Shown: positions 9,491 to 18,447 of the stretch, piece by piece
Numbering within the stretch: position 1 is the first letter of the stretch
Layout: each line of letters opens with the position of its first letter
From: Halodesulfurarchaeum sp.
GTDB taxonomy: Archaea; Halobacteriota; Halobacteria; Halobacteriales; Halobacteriaceae
NCBI GenBank assembly: GCA_042216015.1
Contig: JBDGUI010000016.1
Coordinates: 1 to 38,428, forward strand
Direction of reading: 5' to 3'
DNA: 38,428 bases
Translations under genes and position numbers: made by a program
Notes under the pieces: generated by a model
Database searches by the model: none
What the model saw: the letters and a program-made list of their open reading frames with translations, nothing else
What the model was told of the DNA's origin: nothing

Positions 9491-10054
9491 ATGGATCACC
9501 GAATCCTCGTCGGGGTCACCGGGGCGACGGGCCAAGTCTTCGGCATTACGGCGCTGGAACTCCTCGAGGAGCGCTCCGACGTCGAGACTCACTTGGTGCT
9601 CTCGGATGCAGCGGCCCGAAACATCGATCAGGAGGACGAGCGCTCCGTCGCCGCAGTCAGGGACCTCGCGGACCACGTCTACGACAACGGAAACATCGGT
9701 GCGGCGATCGCCTCGGGGTCGTTCCCGGCCACCGGCATGCTCGTGGCCCCCTGTTCGATGAACTCCCTCTCCAAGATTGCTCACGGGACGGCGGACAACC
9801 TGCTCCTCCGGGCGGCGGCTGTCACGCTCAAGGAACGCCGAAATCTGGTGGTGATGCCGATGGAGAAGCCGTTCTCCCGCATCGGCCTAGAGAACATGCT
9901 CGCCGTCACCGACGCGGGCGGCGTGATCATACCACCGTTGCTCTCTTACTACACCGAGGGGCGATCCCTCGACGCGATGACCCGGCGAACTGTTGCCCGC
10001 GCGCTCTCTCAGACTGGCCTCGAGATGGAGTACGAAGCGTGGGAGGGGCAGTAA
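9491..10054 (+). CDS. ubiX: Flavin prenyltransferase UbiX
   Basis: ILVGVTGATG, IASGSF, VAPCSMNSL, NLLLRAAAVTLKERR motifs. Confidence 0.93.
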   Translation: MDHRILVGVTGATGQVFGITALELLEERSDVETHLVLSDAAARNIDQEDERSVAAVRDLADHVYDNGNIGAAIASGSFPATGMLVAPCSMNSLSKIAHGTADNLLLRAAAVTLKERRNLVVMPMEKPFSRIGLENMLAVTDAGGVIIPPLLSYYTEGRSLDAMTRRTVARALSQTGLEMEYEAWEGQ

Positions 10055-10061
10055 TCGAGCG

Positions 10062-10592
10062 ATGGAGCGCTCAGCGTCACGAACCGACACGAAGGGGACG
10101 GGACCGACGGAATCCGGGGACCAGAAGGCGTTGGTCGTGTACTACTCCCGGACCGGCACGACCGAAAGCGTGGCGGAGAAGATCGCCAATCAGCTTCCGG
10201 ATCCGGACGTCGCTCGAATCCGGCCGCGTCGAGAACGTCGGTATCTCTCCTGGCTGGTCCGCTCGGCGATCCCCGGCTCGACGGTGGCGATTCACCCGGT
10301 TTCGGCCGATCTCTCCGCGTACGACGCGGTGTTCCTTGGGTCCCCGAAGTGGACCCTCTCGTGTCCGCCGGTCAACGCGTATCTCGAGGACGCCGACCTA
10401 CAGGGGAAGACCGTCGGACTCTTCGTGACCTATGGCGGCTTCGACGAGGAACGCTTCACGCGCTCGCTCGCGGACCGGCTCCGATCACGGGGCTGTGCGG
10501 TCCCGGCCACGCTGCTCGTCAAGCGCGATCGGGCGAACGGGGACCACCTCGAGGACAGAGTGAACCGGTTCGTCCGTGAGGTTCTGGGGTAA
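10062..10592 (+). CDS. Flavodoxin-family protein
   Basis: FMN phosphate loop YYSRTGTT, YDAVFLGSPKW, GLFVTYGG; starts 7 nt after ubiX. Confidence 0.85.
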   Translation: MERSASRTDTKGTGPTESGDQKALVVYYSRTGTTESVAEKIANQLPDPDVARIRPRRERRYLSWLVRSAIPGSTVAIHPVSADLSAYDAVFLGSPKWTLSCPPVNAYLEDADLQGKTVGLFVTYGGFDEERFTRSLADRLRSRGCAVPATLLVKRDRANGDHLEDRVNRFVREVLG

Positions 10593-10628
10593 TCCGGGGC
10601 CGCTGTCCAAAACGTCCGTCGCGGCCGC

Positions 10629-12056
10629 TCAGTTCGACGGATTCAACAGGTCGCCGAAGCGGTCGGTCAACTCGGCCTCGAGGTCCTCGCCGATCTTCGT
10701 GTCCGCCGGGAACTCGTCCTTCCAGTGGTAGGGCTTGGTGGCGTCGATGACGGCTCTGGTGTTCGTCAGGTCACCCTCTGCCTTCTGCTCGGGGTGCAAG
10801 GTCGGGTTGAGCGGTGAACTCACACAATCGGTGACGATCTGGATGTCCTCCTCCGGTTCGGATCGACTCACCATCGCCCACAGCACCTGGTTGACGTCGT
10901 GGGCGTCGATGTCCTCGTCGACAAGCACGGTGTAGCGACCCTCCCAGACGCCGGCGGGGAGCGAGATGGCCTGCATCCCGACCTGCGTGCTGTGGCCGGC
11001 GTACTGCTGTTCCATGGAGATCACCTGGAACCAGACTCCGGGGAGCATCGTGTTCACCTGATCGATGCCCGTGACCCCGACCCGCTCGAGCTGACTCCAG
11101 AGCTGCCCCGAGGCCCGCGTGTTCGACATCGCGGCGGCGGCGATCGCGACGTTGTTGAAGCCCAGGACGATCGGTTCGTCCCGGTAATACACGCGCTCGA
11201 CCACGAACGGAGCGAGCTCCCGAGGCCCCTTCCCGTAGTAGCCGGTCCACTCCGCGAACGGTCCCTCGACGACCGGCTCCCGGTCCGGGTAGACTTGGCC
11301 CTCGAAGACGAGCTCCGATCGGGCGGGAATCGGGAGGTCCGTGACCTCGCCCTCGATGACCTCCAGGGGCTGGTCCCGCTTCGCGCTCACGTACTCCAGC
11401 TCGTTGATGCCGGAGGGGACCCGCTCGTTCGCCGCCATGAACAGGTCGGGCTGGTGGCCCACCGAGACGGCCGCGGGGAACGGCTCGTCGTTCTCGAAGT
11501 ACGACCGTTGATTGCGTTTGCCGTCACGGCCCGTGTCGATGCTGATCGTGGCCGTGCGCGGCCCGTGCACCTGCACCCGGTACGTCCCGGCGTTGATCTC
11601 GCCGGTGTCGGCGTGTCTGGTCACCACCAGGTCGCCGGTCCCGATGTATCGACCGCCGTCGTGCTCGTGCCAGCGTGGAGCGGGGAACCTGGCGATGTCG
11701 ACGGCCTCGTCGCGGTCGACGTTCTCCGTCACCGGCCCCGAGTCGACCGTGTCGACGGGTCGGGTCTCCGAGACCGACGCCCGCTCCTTCTGGGCGCGGA
11801 TCGCCGTCTCGATGTCGTTTACGGGCTCCTCGCCGAGCGCGAGCAGGACCTGAAGCGGGGTGTCGAGCGCGTTGGTCAGGATCTTCGCACCCGGTTCGAC
11901 TCTGTCGAACCCTTCGAAGAGGAGGCCCGTCCCGAGGCCCCTCCGCCGGGCGAGCTTGGAGATCCCACCCACCTCGAGGTCGAGGTCGGCCCCCGTTACC
12001 CGCTCGAGTTGATCCTCCGCCTCGAGGCCGTCGATGAACTCCCTGAGATCCCTCAT
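10629..12056 (-). CDS. ubiD: UbiD-family prFMN-dependent (de)carboxylase
   Basis: DLREFI N-terminus, GGRYIGT, NAGTYRVQ, EGPFAEWTGYY (catalytic R..E..E), VDEDID, VLWAM, VIDATKP. Confidence 0.93.
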   Translation of the reverse strand: MRDLREFIDGLEAEDQLERVTGADLDLEVGGISKLARRRGLGTGLLFEGFDRVEPGAKILTNALDTPLQVLLALGEEPVNDIETAIRAQKERASVSETRPVDTVDSGPVTENVDRDEAVDIARFPAPRWHEHDGGRYIGTGDLVVTRHADTGEINAGTYRVQVHGPRTATISIDTGRDGKRNQRSYFENDEPFPAAVSVGHQPDLFMAANERVPSGINELEYVSAKRDQPLEVIEGEVTDLPIPARSELVFEGQVYPDREPVVEGPFAEWTGYYGKGPRELAPFVVERVYYRDEPIVLGFNNVAIAAAAMSNTRASGQLWSQLERVGVTGIDQVNTMLPGVWFQVISMEQQYAGHSTQVGMQAISLPAGVWEGRYTVLVDEDIDAHDVNQVLWAMVSRSEPEEDIQIVTDCVSSPLNPTLHPEQKAEGDLTNTRAVIDATKPYHWKDEFPADTKIGEDLEAELTDRFGDLLNPSN

Positions 12057-12059
12057 CCG

Positions 12060-13268
12060 CTAGATGTATGTGGGACTGACGTCGTACTGTTCGAGCTGAT
12101 CGTACAGCGCCGAGGCCGTTTCCACCGCGAGTTCGTGGTGTCCCTCGATGTACTCGTTGGTGCAAATTTCCTCGGCGTCGGGCTTGGACTCGAGCAGTCC
12201 GGCCTGGTGGAACGTCTCGATGGTCGAATCCATCCGATCCATCGGGATCCACCCCTTGCCGTGCTTGTTTCCGACCGCCTTCGGCGGGGTGTAGGCGGAG
12301 AACATCGGCCCGGTGAGCGCGTCGTGGTACTCGGCGTTCCACTTCCGGGAGGATTCGGCTTTCACGATTTCCCGATGCGCGGCCGTCACCTCCTCGTAAT
12401 CGGTGGCCCACTTCTTGACGCCGTCGAGCCATCCCGCCACGATCCGGCTCACCTGATCGGGATGCTCCTCGATGAACTCCTCGTGGGCCAGCAGTCCGTT
12501 CCCCATGTGTCCGAGAACCGCAACCGAGCGCAACGCCCCGGCCTCGATGCCCTTCTGTTCGAACATCGCGAGCTCCTGGGGCACGTATCGGATCATCGCG
12601 TCGATCTGGCCGTCGAGCTGGATCTTCCGCGCGGAGCCCGGCTGGACGTTCTGGAACTCGATCGTGGAGAGGTCGACACCTTTCTCCCGCATCGCCGCCT
12701 TGGCGACTGGGCCGGAACTCCCCCACGGCCACTGGCCGATCGTCTTCCCCTCGAGGTCGGACCAGGTCTCGATGCCGGTTTCCTTCAGGTACACGACACC
12801 GCCGAACGGGCCCATGTAATTGCCGATGATCTTGATGGGTGCACCCTTCTCGATGAGCGGGATCGCTGCGCCCAGTTCCGCTTGGCCCACTGGAGCGTCC
12901 TTGACCGAGATTGCCTTCGCTGCAGCCTGTGACCCCTCGGATTCCTTCACCGTCACGTCGAGGTTGTACGCCGGCCAGGTCCACTGCTCCGCGGCGGTCA
13001 GCGGGGCGAAGGTGCCCGTGTCGTTTCGGTACCACTGCATCTGGAAGTCCAGGGATGCGGGCTCCATCCTCGTCTGCTGCCCCCCCGAGGTCGTCGTTCC
13101 CGCACCGGCGGAGCCGCCGGAACACCCGGCAAGCGCCGTCGTCACGCCGGCGCCGGCCAGCGCGAGGAACCCGCGACGGGAAGCGACACGCCCAACCTGA
13201 CGGTCGCCGGTCCGTGACTTTTCTCCCGACTGATCGGTCCGTGCTTCGGTTTCGGTGGCCGAGTCCAT
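12060..13268 (-). CDS. Tat lipoprotein ABC substrate-binding protein, NMT1/SsuA/THI5 type
   Basis: SRRGFL Tat motif, LAGC lipobox, GIETWSDLEGKTIG, GQIDA; 3 nt upstream of ubiD. Confidence 0.88.
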   Translation of the reverse strand: MDSATETEARTDQSGEKSRTGDRQVGRVASRRGFLALAGAGVTTALAGCSGGSAGAGTTTSGGQQTRMEPASLDFQMQWYRNDTGTFAPLTAAEQWTWPAYNLDVTVKESEGSQAAAKAISVKDAPVGQAELGAAIPLIEKGAPIKIIGNYMGPFGGVVYLKETGIETWSDLEGKTIGQWPWGSSGPVAKAAMREKGVDLSTIEFQNVQPGSARKIQLDGQIDAMIRYVPQELAMFEQKGIEAGALRSVAVLGHMGNGLLAHEEFIEEHPDQVSRIVAGWLDGVKKWATDYEEVTAAHREIVKAESSRKWNAEYHDALTGPMFSAYTPPKAVGNKHGKGWIPMDRMDSTIETFHQAGLLESKPDAEEICTNEYIEGHHELAVETASALYDQLEQYDVSPTYI

Positions 13269-13470
13269 GGATCATGTGCAGCCCGAAAACCACATACCTT
13301 TCATCCGAACATATGGTCCGCTTTATATCCCACTATGTGACGGACACACGCCCCATACCGGCCGGACACGCCGGATTCGGGACCGACCATCGGGTCAGTG
13401 CTGCCAGGGGTGATTATCAGAAGGCAGTAGCGCTCAAAGCGTTTATCCCCGTGTACTGATAGTAGCGTGT

Positions 13471-14094
13471 ATGGAGCAAGCAGCGGACGAGGGAACCACG
13501 ACGGAGCAAACGGACCTCATCGAGGTCTGGCTGGCGGTGGAACCCGCCCCCTCGATGGGTTGTACCTGTGTCGATCGGGAGACCTGGTCGGTGAAGCAAT
13601 CCGTCTCGATGGGGCCCGACGGGATGGAGGCGTGCAAGCTCCTCCTCGACAACAGCCAGGACAGTTCGCCCACGTACGTGCGTTCCGAACCCGACGGTGT
13701 GTGTCCGCGGGCCGTCCTCGAGCGATGTAACTGCATTCCCTCCCTTGAGCGGATCGCGGACGGCAAGCTCTATTACTCGGTCACCATCCCGCATCGGACG
13801 ATTCTCGCCGAGATCGTCGACGGCATCCGGGAGACGGGCGCGACCGTTTCGGTGACCAGCGTTCGCTCCCACAAGGACACCGACCTGGAGACCCCGCTTC
13901 TGACCGAGAAACAGCGGGAGGCCTTCGACACCGCGGTCAGTCTGGGCTACTACGACCGCCCACGGGAGGCGTCCCTCGATGAGATCGCCTCGGAGCTCGG
14001 GATCTCCCGTTCCGCGGTCTCACACCGCCTCTGTGCGGTCCGGCGGCGACTCGCCGATCATTTCGCCGAACAGATCGGCGCGAACGTCGACTGA
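13471..14094 (+). CDS. Bat/HTH-10 transcriptional regulator with Cys-rich N-terminus (DmsR-like)
   Basis: LTEKQREAFDTAVSLGYYDRPREASLDEIASELGISRSAVSHRL HTH-10; N-terminal GCTC, ACK, VCP, RCNC. Confidence 0.82.
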   Translation: MEQAADEGTTTEQTDLIEVWLAVEPAPSMGCTCVDRETWSVKQSVSMGPDGMEACKLLLDNSQDSSPTYVRSEPDGVCPRAVLERCNCIPSLERIADGKLYYSVTIPHRTILAEIVDGIRETGATVSVTSVRSHKDTDLETPLLTEKQREAFDTAVSLGYYDRPREASLDEIASELGISRSAVSHRLCAVRRRLADHFAEQIGANVD

Positions 14095-14296
14095 CCTCGG
14101 TTCGGAACGCGCTCGCCGCCCGGTCGTCGGACGGACTCTGACAGGCTTAAGGCCCCGCTGCTCCTATCCCCGCCATCGAAATGTCAATCGCTGCCCCGCT
14201 CGCTGCCACGGCACGCCCGCCCGTCCAGGTGAGGCTGCCTGACCGGATTCGGGAGACAGTCGATCGCTGTGGACCCAGTCAGGGGGACAGCTGCCG

Positions 14297-15760
14297 ATGA
14301 CGGACCCGAACGTACTGCTGATCGTCCTCGATGGGGTTCGGGCCAGGAACACCTCACTCCACGGGCACGAAAACGAGACCACGCCGGCGCTCGAACGGTT
14401 CGCGGAGCGGGCCACCACCTTCACGCAGGCCCGGTCGCCGGGCATCTGGAGCCTCCCGAGCCACGCCAGTATCTTCTCGGGCCTCGAGGTGGTCGAACAC
14501 GGCGTCACCGATCTCGGGGAGCGGTTGAAACCTGGGAGTACGATCTGGGACGAGTTGGGGGACCGCGGCTACGCGACGGGGCTGTTCACCGAAAACACGT
14601 GGCTCGCGAGCATGGACGTCGGGCTCAACGACCCCTTCGAGACGGTCGAGGGGGCCCAGAACTTCCCGTTTCCGGAAGCCGGGGACCCGAACTTGCCGTA
14701 TCACCGGTTCGCGTCGCGGTCAGGACTCGAACGGTACACGGCGTGGCTCCGGGAGAGCCTCGGGGATTCACATCCCGGGAAGGCCTTCGTCAACGGGCTG
14801 GCAACGAAACTCGCCTGGGATCATCCGTGGCTCCTGCCCGAGTCCTGGGGGGCCGCGGACACGCCTGGGGCCGTCTACACGGACCTGTTCCTCGAGTGGA
14901 GCGAGCAGCAGTCCGGGCCGTGGGCGGCGTGTCTCAACTACCTCGACGCTCACTTCCCCTACCTGCCGCCGACCGATCACGACCAGTGGGGCGGATCCCG
15001 GATCCGTCAGTTGCAGTCCGAGATGGACGATCAGGTCTGGGAGTTCAACGGGGGGACTCGACCCTGGTGGCAACGACGGGCCCTCGCGAGTCTCTACGAC
15101 GGCGGCATCCATTACATGGACGCGGAGGTCGACCGACTGCTGACGGCCCTCGAGGACCGTGGGGAACTCGAGGACACGCTCGTCGTCGTGACCGCCGATC
15201 ACGGTGAGGGGTTCGGCGAGCCGTCCAGAATCAGGCCTGACATGCGGATCCCGGCGCATCTCTCCGGACTGCACGAGGTCCTCCTCCACGTTCCACTCCT
15301 GGTCAAAGGGCCCGGACAGACGGCGGGGACGGTCTCCGACGACCTCGTGTCACTCACCGATTTCCCGACCGTCGTCAGGGACGCGGTGGACGGCGAACAG
15401 GATCCCGCCGAGGCGTTCCGAACGGAGGGACCGGTCATCGCTTCCTCCCACGGGTTGGAGAAACCGATGGAGGAGCGCGCCGGAAACCACGTCACCGACA
15501 CGTGGCGATTCAACGGCGACGCCGTCGCCGTCTACGAGGAGCTGGGGGAGACCGTCCGGAAATCGATGACCTGGCGGGAGGACTACGAGGCCGAGATAAC
15601 CGTCGTCGACGCTCAGACCTCCTGGCGATCCGGGTCGGGGGGACGAAAGCGGGTGCAGGAAGTCATGGCGGGCCTGGCCGATCCCGACGTGACGACGAGC
15701 GGCTCAGAGGCGGTCAGCGAGGAGGCCCAAAAGCGACTCGAGCGACTCGGCTACAGGTAA
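14297..15760 (+). CDS. Sulfatase-like hydrolase (alkaline phosphatase superfamily)
   Basis: PNVLLIVLDGVR, WSLPSHASIFSG, DAHFPY, TADHGE, LHVPL, RLERLGY. Confidence 0.9.
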   Translation: MTDPNVLLIVLDGVRARNTSLHGHENETTPALERFAERATTFTQARSPGIWSLPSHASIFSGLEVVEHGVTDLGERLKPGSTIWDELGDRGYATGLFTENTWLASMDVGLNDPFETVEGAQNFPFPEAGDPNLPYHRFASRSGLERYTAWLRESLGDSHPGKAFVNGLATKLAWDHPWLLPESWGAADTPGAVYTDLFLEWSEQQSGPWAACLNYLDAHFPYLPPTDHDQWGGSRIRQLQSEMDDQVWEFNGGTRPWWQRRALASLYDGGIHYMDAEVDRLLTALEDRGELEDTLVVVTADHGEGFGEPSRIRPDMRIPAHLSGLHEVLLHVPLLVKGPGQTAGTVSDDLVSLTDFPTVVRDAVDGEQDPAEAFRTEGPVIASSHGLEKPMEERAGNHVTDTWRFNGDAVAVYEELGETVRKSMTWREDYEAEITVVDAQTSWRSGSGGRKRVQEVMAGLADPDVTTSGSEAVSEEAQKRLERLGYR

Positions 15761-15830
15761 TTTTCGCGCTCGTCGAAAACCGCGAAGTCGCGAGAAGAGG
15801 TGTTTCTCGACTGTTACTGGTCGCGTCCGC

Positions 15831-17279
15831 CTACTCGACGACTTCGAACGCGAAGTGATGGGCCGGCAGCGGGCGGACGGGGTGGTTGTCGAGATACGAC
15901 AGGTGGGGTTTGCACTCGAAGTCCGGTTCGTCGTCGCCCTGCTCGAAGATCGCGGGGTACACGTCGATGAAGTGCCAGCCCGGTTCGTACGGGGCCGTTA
16001 GCTTCGTCCTGATCACGCCAGGCTCGTCGTCGGAGGTGTTCCCACACACGTACCCGAGCACCTTGTTGTCCACGACGAAGAAGATCGTGTTCTCATAGAG
16101 CGTCCACCCGACGGCGTGGATCTCGACCTCGAACTCCTCGCCCGGGGCCACCTGGGTGGGAGTGATGTTGATCGCCTGGGGCTGGAGCATGAACCCGCTG
16201 ACTGTGACGGACTTCCCGCCGATTTCGGCGGTGATCGCCCGTGTCGCACCGCGGTCGATCGGCGCCTCGAACTCGACCTGGAACTCCCCGTTCTCGTCGG
16301 ATTCGACGGTCGGGAGGACGTCCCGCCGCGGGGCGGGCGTGATAGCCGACCCCTCGATGCGCTTGCCCTCGTGGGTGTACCACACCAGGTCCACCGTCTC
16401 GTTCGGCGGGAAGTGCCGACCCTTGATGAACCCGCTCGTGCCCGGCGGGCCACACGACGGGGTGACCTCCAGGGTCGCATCGGTCTGCTCGTCGATGTCG
16501 GGATAGTGGGCCGGGAGCGGCTCCTCGTTGAGGAGGGGATCGGACCAGGCGGTTTCGGGCGGATTCTCCGGCTCCGTCACCTCCACCGTCCACTTCGATT
16601 GCCGATCGTCGCCCACCGGGCCATACGGCGACTGGGTCTCTGTCTGGAGGAACGGCCAGCCACGGTAGCTCCGCCAGATGCGGAGTTCGTGTTTGCCCGG
16701 CGGGCCGACCGCCCGGACTCGAGCGGTCGCCGTGCCGCGGTTCATCACGCCGGTCATGAAGCCCACCGCCGCGTTGTCCCACGCGACCTGGTAGTTGTTC
16801 ATGACCGGGTTCGGGCCGATACCGTACCCACGCACGGTGAAGAAGTCACCGAGCTCGGCTTCGGTCTCCTCGATCTCGAAGAACTGTCTGATCTCTATCT
16901 CGGTCTGTGCGACCGTGGAGCCGGACTGGTCCTCGAGGGCGATCGTGTGACTGCCGCCGTAATCGGTCGGGATCTCGAAGCGCTCGTCGAAGGTCCCGTC
17001 GGCGTCCGTGGTGACCGACGTGATGTCGATGTTGCGGGGCGAGTACTGCGGGCCGATGATCCGGTTCGATTGGAGGACACCCCAGTCACCGTCCACGGTG
17101 TGCCAATTGACGTCGAAGGTCGTGTCAGCGGGGAGGTTTCGTCCGCGGATCGTCACCGTGTCGCCGACGTACCCCCGATCCTCGTCGAGCATGACCGTTC
17201 CGGAGCCGGTCCCGTCCGAATCGCGGTGCCGGTCCAGGGACTCCGCGATGTCGGCCGATAAATTCGTATCTGATCCCAT
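15831..17279 (-). CDS. Uncharacterised beta-sandwich (Ig-like) repeat protein, copy 2
   Basis: Start MGSDTN at 17279; aligns along its length with 2758..4179 and ends KPHLSYLDNHPVRPLP. Confidence 0.8.
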   Translation of the reverse strand: MGSDTNLSADIAESLDRHRDSDGTGSGTVMLDEDRGYVGDTVTIRGRNLPADTTFDVNWHTVDGDWGVLQSNRIIGPQYSPRNIDITSVTTDADGTFDERFEIPTDYGGSHTIALEDQSGSTVAQTEIEIRQFFEIEETEAELGDFFTVRGYGIGPNPVMNNYQVAWDNAAVGFMTGVMNRGTATARVRAVGPPGKHELRIWRSYRGWPFLQTETQSPYGPVGDDRQSKWTVEVTEPENPPETAWSDPLLNEEPLPAHYPDIDEQTDATLEVTPSCGPPGTSGFIKGRHFPPNETVDLVWYTHEGKRIEGSAITPAPRRDVLPTVESDENGEFQVEFEAPIDRGATRAITAEIGGKSVTVSGFMLQPQAINITPTQVAPGEEFEVEIHAVGWTLYENTIFFVVDNKVLGYVCGNTSDDEPGVIRTKLTAPYEPGWHFIDVYPAIFEQGDDEPDFECKPHLSYLDNHPVRPLPAHHFAFEVVE

Positions 17280-17443
17280 GGCGCCCTCTACGCAACTCCG
17301 ATTACATCTATCCCCGGTGAGCATATCTCGGGATTTATAATGGATCGTGCCGTGCTCACAAGCCACTTGTCCGGGCCGCCAGCGCGCCTGGTGGCACCTG
17401 ATAACGAATCGCACACTCTCCCACGTTCTTGAATTCACAACCG

Positions 17444-17450
17444 TTTTTAT
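17444..17450 (+). promoter_or_regulatory. Putative TATA box for the U32 pair
   Basis: TTTTTAT ~26-32 nt upstream of ATG 17476. Confidence 0.5.
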
Positions 17451-17475
17451 CGTTGACCAAATCGAACCTGGGTCT

Positions 17476-18447
17476 ATGCTGAATATTTTTACCCCGATCA
17501 AATCACTCGAGGGCGCCGAGGAGCTGATCCAACTGGGCGCCGACGAGCTCTACTGCGGGGTGAATCCCGAGGAGTGGGCCGAGCGGTACGAGAACGTGAA
17601 AACGCCCAACCGGAGACCGAACGATCACTCGCAGGTCGAGGATCTCGAGGAACTCGCGGAGATAGCCACACTCTGCCACGAAACGGACGTAAAGCTGTAC
17701 CTCACGCTCAATGATCACTTCTACTCGGACGATCAGGCGACGTTGCTGCGAGAGTTGGTCGAGGAACTTTCCACCTGGGAGGGAATAACGGGCTACATCG
17801 TGGCCGACGTCCACTTCATGACGGAACTGCGCAACGTGGTTGGCGACGACGAGATCCTCGTCAGCACGGGCGCAACCACGTTCAACGGCCACACCGCCGC
17901 GTTTCTGGAGTCCCTCGGCGCGGACGGGATTCACCTCCCGCGGCATCTCACACTCGACGAGATCGAGACGATCGCTCGAACGGCCCCCGACAGCCTCGAC
18001 CTCTATGCGTTCGCGCTGAATTCGAACTGTCTGCTCATCGACGGCCACTGCACGCTGCTCCACAACGCGCCGATCGAGCACGAGGAGTCGTTCAAGGAGC
18101 CCTGCATGCAGACCTACACGCAACGCCTCGCCGACGGCGGCGAGGAACGAACGATCCGGGACGAGACACGGCTGTTCAACGATCCCCACAGGACGGAGCA
18201 GGCGTGTGGCGTCTGCTCGCTGTACCGGTTCGACCAGATCGGCCTCTCCGGGGTCAAGATGGTCGGCCGCAGATTCCCCGTCAGCCGGAAGAAAGCGGAC
18301 CTGGAGGTGCTGGACCACGCCCGACGGAAAACCAGCGAGGCCGATACCGAAGCCGAATTCAGGGACATGCTTCAGGAGACCGTCACCGACCGCGGGATGG
18401 AGTGTTCGATCGACGCCTGCTACTATCCGACGGTGATGGACCGATGA
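17476..18447 (+). CDS. U32-family Fe-S protein, UbiU-like
   Basis: GADELYCG, IVAD, HLPRHLTLDEI, C-x6-C-x17-C...CGVC, GVKMVGR. Confidence 0.85.
   Translation: MLNIFTPIKSLEGAEELIQLGADELYCGVNPEEWAERYENVKTPNRRPNDHSQVEDLEELAEIATLCHETDVKLYLTLNDHFYSDDQATLLRELVEELSTWEGITGYIVADVHFMTELRNVVGDDEILVSTGATTFNGHTAAFLESLGADGIHLPRHLTLDEIETIARTAPDSLDLYAFALNSNCLLIDGHCTLLHNAPIEHEESFKEPCMQTYTQRLADGGEERTIRDETRLFNDPHRTEQACGVCSLYRFDQIGLSGVKMVGRRFPVSRKKADLEVLDHARRKTSEADTEAEFRDMLQETVTDRGMECSIDACYYPTVMDR

Noticed and set aside
10899..13293. Long alternative ORFs (10899..12932 +, 11524..13293 -; also 2416..4443 -, 4404..5558 +, 22181..23353 -)
   Set aside because: Arg/Gly/Pro-rich shadow frames overlapping well-supported genes; expected in high-GC DNA
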